A stretch of DNA of 64,000 nucleotides from Macrostomum lignano. Lineage: Eukaryota. The translations under genes were made by a program, and so were the position numbers. A model generated the notes under the pieces. It searched no databases. It had not been told where the DNA came from and worked only from the letters and a program-made list of their open reading frames with translations. The stretch spans positions 1 through 64,000 of the forward strand of contig NIVC01000346.1 in the NCBI GenBank assembly GCA_002269645.1, in the 5' to 3' direction. Shown here piece after piece: positions 58,901 to 64,000 of the stretch. How positions within the stretch are numbered: the stretch's first letter is position 1; each line of letters starts with the position of its first letter.

Positions 58901-61900
58901 CTCTCAGAGGGTGGTCCACCTAATTTACAGACACAACTCGAACAGATTTCTCTGTCTGTTTGAGGCTCTGGCTCTCAGAGCCGCCGAGAAAGTTTAGTGC
59001 AGAAAATGCTTCAGTTTGTTAGAATGCAATCAGAACAGATTCCTAGAAAGTGAGCTAGTCCAGCATCAAGGCAGAACATCTGGATGTGTAACGAGAGGCT
59101 CTCGGAGACTCCTGGCTCAGATTATCGCCTAGAAGTTCTGTGGAGTAGCTGGTCCACCTAACCTACAGACACAACTCGAACAGATTTCTCTGTCTGTTTG
59201 GGGCTCTGGCTCTCAGAGCCGCCGAGAAAGTTTAGTGCAGAAAATGCTTCAGTTTGTTAGAATGCAATCAGAACAGATTCCTAGAAAGTGAGCTAGTCCA
59301 GCATCAAGGCAGAACATCTGGATGTGTAACGAGAGGCTCTCGGAGATTCCTGGCTCAGATTATCGCCTAGAAGTGCTGTGGAGTAGCTGGTCCACCTAAC
59401 CTACAGACACAACTCGAACAGATTTCTCTATCTGTTTGAGGCTCTGGCTCTCAGAGCCGCCGAGAAAGTTTAGTGCAGAAAATGCTTCAGTTTGTTAGAA
59501 TGCAATCAGAACAGATTCCTAGAAAGTGAGCTAGTCCAGCATCAAGGCAGAACATCTGGATGTGTAACGAGAGGCTCTCGGAGACTCCTGGCTCAGATTA
59601 TCGCCTAGAAGTGCTGTGGAGTAGCTGGTCCACCTAACCTACAGACACAACTCGAACAGATTTCTCTGTCTGTTTGGGGCTCTGGCTCTCAGAGCCGCCG
59701 AGAAAGTTTAGTGCAGAAAATGCTTCAGTTTGTTAGAATGCAATCAGAACAGATTCCTAGAAAGTGAGCTAGTCCAGCATCAAGGCAGAACATCTGGATG
59801 TGTAACGAGAGGCTCTCGGAGACTCCTGGCTCAGATTATCGCCTAGAAGTGCTGTGGAGTAGCTGATCCACCTAACCTACAGACACAACTCGAACAGATT
59901 TCTCTGTCTGTTTGAGGCTCTGGCTCTTAGGTGGTCCACATAACCTACAAACACAACTGAAGCAACTCTCTCAGTCTGTTTTAGGCTTTTGCTCTCAGAG
60001 GGTGGTCCACCTAATCTACAGACACAACTCGAACAGATTTCTCTGTCTGTTTGAGGCTCTGGCTCTCAGAGCCGCCGAGAAAGTTTAGTGCAGAAAATGC
60101 TTCAGTTTGTTAGAATGCAATCAGAACAGATTCCTAGAAAGTGAGCTAGTCCAGCATCAAGGCAGAACATCTGGATGTGTAACGAGAGGCTCTCGGAGAT
60201 TCCTGGCTCAGATTATCGCCTAGAAGTGCTGTGGAGTAGCTGGTCCACCTAACCTACAGACACAACTCGAACAGATTTCTCTATCTGTTTGGGGCTCTGG
60301 CTCTCAGAGCCGCCGAGAAAGTTTAGTGCAGAAAATGCTTCAGTTTGTTAGAATGCAATCAGAACAGATTCTTAGAAAGTGAGCTAGTCCAGCATCAAGG
60401 CAGAACATCTGGATGTGTAACGAGAGGCTCTCGGAGACTCCTGGCTCAGATTATCGCCTAGAAGTGCTGTGGAGTACCTGGTCCACCTAACCTACAGACA
60501 CAACTCGAACAGATTTCTCTGTCTGTTTAGACTCTGGCTCTCAGAGCCGCCGAGAAAGTTTAGTGCAGAAAATGCTTCAGTTTGTTAGAATGCAATCAGA
60601 ACAGATTCCTAGAAAGTGAGCTAGTCCAGCATCAAGGCAGAACATCTGGATGTGTAACGAGAGGCTCTCGGAGATTCCTGGCTCAGATTATCGCCTAGAA
60701 GTGCTGTGGAGTAGCTGGTCCACCTAACCTACAGACACAACTCGAACAGATTTCTCTATCTGTTTGAGGCTCTGGCTCTCAGAGCCGCCGAGAAAGTTTA
60801 GTGCAGAAAATGCTTCAGTTTGTTAGAATGCAATCAGAACAGATTCCTAGAAAGTGAGCTAGTCCAGCATCAAGGCAGAACATCTGGATGTGTAACGAGA
60901 GGCTCTCGGAGACTCCTGGCTCAGATTATCGCCTAGAAGTGCTGTGGAGTAGCTGGTCCACCTAACCTACAGACACAACTCGAACAGATTTCTCTGTCTG
61001 TTTGGGGCTCTGGCTCTCAGAGCCGCCGAGAAAGTTTAGTGCAGAAAATGCTTCAGTTTGTTAGAATGCAATCAGAACAGATTCCTAGAAAGTGAGCTAG
61101 TCCAGCATCAAGGCAGAACATCTGGATGTGTAACGAGAGGCTCTCGGAGACTCCTGGCTCAGATTATCGCCTAGAAGTGCTGTGGAGTAGCTGATCCACC
61201 TAACCTACAGACACAACTCGAACAGATTTCTCTGTCTGTTTGAGGCTCTGGCTCTTAGGTGGTCCACATAACCTACAAACACAACTGAAGCAACTCTCTC
61301 AGTCTGTTTTAGGCTTTTGCTCTCAGAGGGTGGTCCACCTAATCTACAGACACAACTCGAACAGATTTCTCTGTCTGTTTGAGGCTCTGGCTCTCAGAGC
61401 CGCCGAGAAAGTTTAGTGCAGAAAATGCTTCAGTTTGTTAGAATGCAATCAGAACAGATTCCTAGAAAGTGAGCTAGTCCAGCATCAAGGCAGAACATCT
61501 GGATGTGTAACGAGAGGCTCTCGGAGATTCCTGGCTCAGATTATCGCCTAGAAGTGCTGTGGAGTAGCTGGTCCACCTAACCTACAGACACAACTCGAAC
61601 AGATTTCTCTATCTGTTTGGGGCTCTGGCTCTCAGAGCCGCCGAGAAAGTTTAGTGCAGAAAATGCTTCAGTTTGTTAGAATGCAATCAGAACAGATTCT
61701 TAGAAAGTGAGCTAGTCCAGCATCAAGGCAGAACATCTGGATGTGTAACGAGAGGCTCTCGGAGACTCCTGGCTCAGATTATCGCCTAGAAGTTCTGTGG
61801 AGTACCTGGTCCACCTAACCTACAGACACAACTCGAACAGATTTCTCTGTCTGTTTAGACTCTGGCTCTCAGAGCCGCCGAGAAAGTTTAGTGCAGAAAA

Positions 61901-63548
61901 TGCTTCAGTTTGTTAGAATGCAATCAGAACAGATTCCTAGAAAGTGAGCTAGTCCAGCATCAAGGCAGAACATCTGGATGTGTAACGAGAGGCTCTCGGA
62001 GATTCCTGGCTCAGATTATCGCCTAGAAGTGCTGTGGAGTAGCTGGTCCACCTAACCTACAGACACAACTCGAACAGATTTCTCTATCTGTTTGAGGCTC
62101 TGGCTCTCAGAGCCGCCGAGAAAGTTTAGTGCAGAAAATGCTTCAGTTTGTTAGAATGCAATCAGAACAGATTCCTAGAAAGTGAGCTAGTCCAGCATCA
62201 AGGCAGAACATCTGGATGTGTAACGAGAGGCTCTCGGAGACTCCTGGCTCAGATTATCGCCTAGAAGTGCTGTGGAGTAGCTGGTCCACCTAACCTACAG
62301 ACATAACTCGAACAGATTTCTCTGTCTGTTTAGGCTCTGGCTCTCAGGTGGTCCACATAACCTACAAACACAACTGAAGCAGCTCTCTCAGTCTGTTTGA
62401 GGCTTTTGCTCTCGGAAGGTGGTCCGCCTAACCTACAGACACAACTGGAACAGATTTCTGTGTCTGTTTGATTGTCAGTTAATTTTATTTTCTACCTTTG
62501 TAGGAGCCTGTGGTTGATTTTGTTCGCCTGAGCTCGACGAGACTGACTGCGTTTCACCGAGATGAAGGTTAAAACGAACTGTAAAAGAATATTCAAACCA
62601 CTAATTGACGAGAAATATAGAAAGGTTCATCATAGAGCTGAGCTGACGAAAGCGGATTCGATGGCCGAGTAAGCTTAAATTCGTGAGAGAGGCAATGACA
62701 GATCAATAACAGAAGCGGTCCCGGACCACGGAGGCAGGGAAGGTCCAGGAGAATATTTCGTAGAAAAAATAAGAAGATTAAGCCATCATCTGCGTGAACG
62801 AAAAGATGAAAGTCGGTAAAATGATTGGCTTATCATATGATTGCTCACCAACTCATTCAGTATAATAGGACTGGTGTAGTCAAATCATTTTATTTTCAGT
62901 TTTAGTAACTTTTGTCGTTTTTAAAAATGCCCTTCAACTTCTTGTAGGCTCGTACTCGGATGACCTTTTTTAACTAATGGAATCTTACGTTTGTTAACAT
63001 GTATTTGAAGCATACATTTTGACCTAAAATAGTTTTAATGAGTTTACAGTTAGTATTTGATATGATTCGGTATTTATTTTCAAAATGCTTTATTTTCATT
63101 CACCTTCTTGTATTCACGCGACGCAACTAACTAATGCGATCGTACATTTGTTTAACCCGATTAACCCGATTAGTAATGCTAAATAAATTGGTTTGAACTT
63201 GGGGTAGTTTCATTAAATGACGTCGTAACCCTTTTATCTGTTCTTTTTGAGAATTTCTGTTTTAATTAGTTCAAAAGAACAGTTTAAAGCAATAAATTTT
63301 CTACAACGAAAGAGGTCTAACTAAACCAACTGTTTTTTTGCGGTCCACCTAACCCGGTCCCCAAAGCGTAGTTAGTGAACCACCACAGTTTCCCCGAACT
63401 GGCTATTCCGTCAAGTTAACAAAAAGATAACCCTAGCTAGCCTTTCGCGTTGTCAAAACAGACTCTATTTTTTAACCGGAATTGCGTGGTCCACGTAACG
63501 CATTAACATAACTCAGGTCCCGCTAAACACACAGACAGTCGTAAGAGT
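52915..63548. mobile_element. Putative ~10.6-kb non-autonomous TIR DNA transposon carrying an internal satellite
   Basis: Inverted ends ACTGTCTGTGTGTTTACGTGGAC (52923-52945) and GTCCCGCTAAACACACAGACAGT (63517-63539), 20/23 match; clustered GGTCCAC(G/C)TAA motifs near both ends; (GTCT)n on both flanks; no intact ORF. Confidence 0.6.
54596..62468. repeat. 237/238-bp satellite, ~30 full monomers plus five pairs of ~72-bp truncated modules, with higher-order repeats
   Basis: GGTCCACCTAACC recurs at 54596, 54833 and 55070 (237-bp period); diagnostic variants recur 2516 bp apart. Confidence 0.97.
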
Positions 63549-63579
63549 GTCTGTCTGTCTGTCTGACTGTCTGTCTGAC

Positions 63580-63670
<91 letters not shown>

Positions 63671-63786
63671 ATCTCTGTCTGTCTGTCTGTCTGTCTCTCT
63701 GTCTGTCTGTCTGACTGTCTGTCTGTCTGACTGTCTGTCTGTCTGTCTGTCTGTCTGTCTGACTGTCTGACTGTCTGTCTGTCTGA

Positions 63787-63818
<32 letters not shown>

Positions 63819-63835
63819 GTCTGTCTGTCTGTCTC

Positions 63836-63882
<47 letters not shown>

Positions 63883-63893
63883 GACTGTCTGAC

Positions 63894-63938
<45 letters not shown>

Positions 63939-64000
63939 GACTGTCTGTCTGTCTGTCTGTCTGCCTGTCTGTCTGTCTGTCTGTCTGTCTGACTGTCTGT
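63549..64000. repeat. (GTCT)n microsatellite continuing to the window end
   Basis: Visible. Confidence 0.97.

Noticed and set aside
54596-62468. CRISPR-like or hammerhead-bearing satellite
   Set aside because: The spacers are identical rather than unique, there are no cas genes, and the context is eukaryotic. No CTGANGA...GAAA core was found on either strand of the monomer by eye.

Overview
Eukaryotic (metazoan) genomic DNA, not prokaryotic. GC-rich exons among very large (GACA/GTCT)n microsatellites and minisatellites suggest a flatworm such as Macrostomum (inference). Roughly 35 kb (about half the window, hand estimate) is tandem repeat, which explains almost all long ORFs in the track. 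Real coding content: (1) the TM4-TM7 exon of a class A peptide-type GPCR (3892-4801, +) with a frameshift; (2) a complete 12-exon FNDC3 orthologue on the minus strand (41775->12786), reconstructed by hand with consistent splice phases: 3969 nt, 1322 aa, 8 FN3 domains and a C-terminal membrane anchor; (3) the first three coding exons of WDR47 (48079-51240, +), divergent from FNDC3. Mobile elements: two unrelated tRNA-derived SINEs with target-site duplications and two MITEs. The most unusual structure is a ~10.6-kb TIR-bounded element (52915-63548) inside a (GTCT)n tract in WDR47 intron 3. It carries a 237-bp satellite whose monomer starts with the element's own terminal motif. No CRISPR array or rRNA was found.
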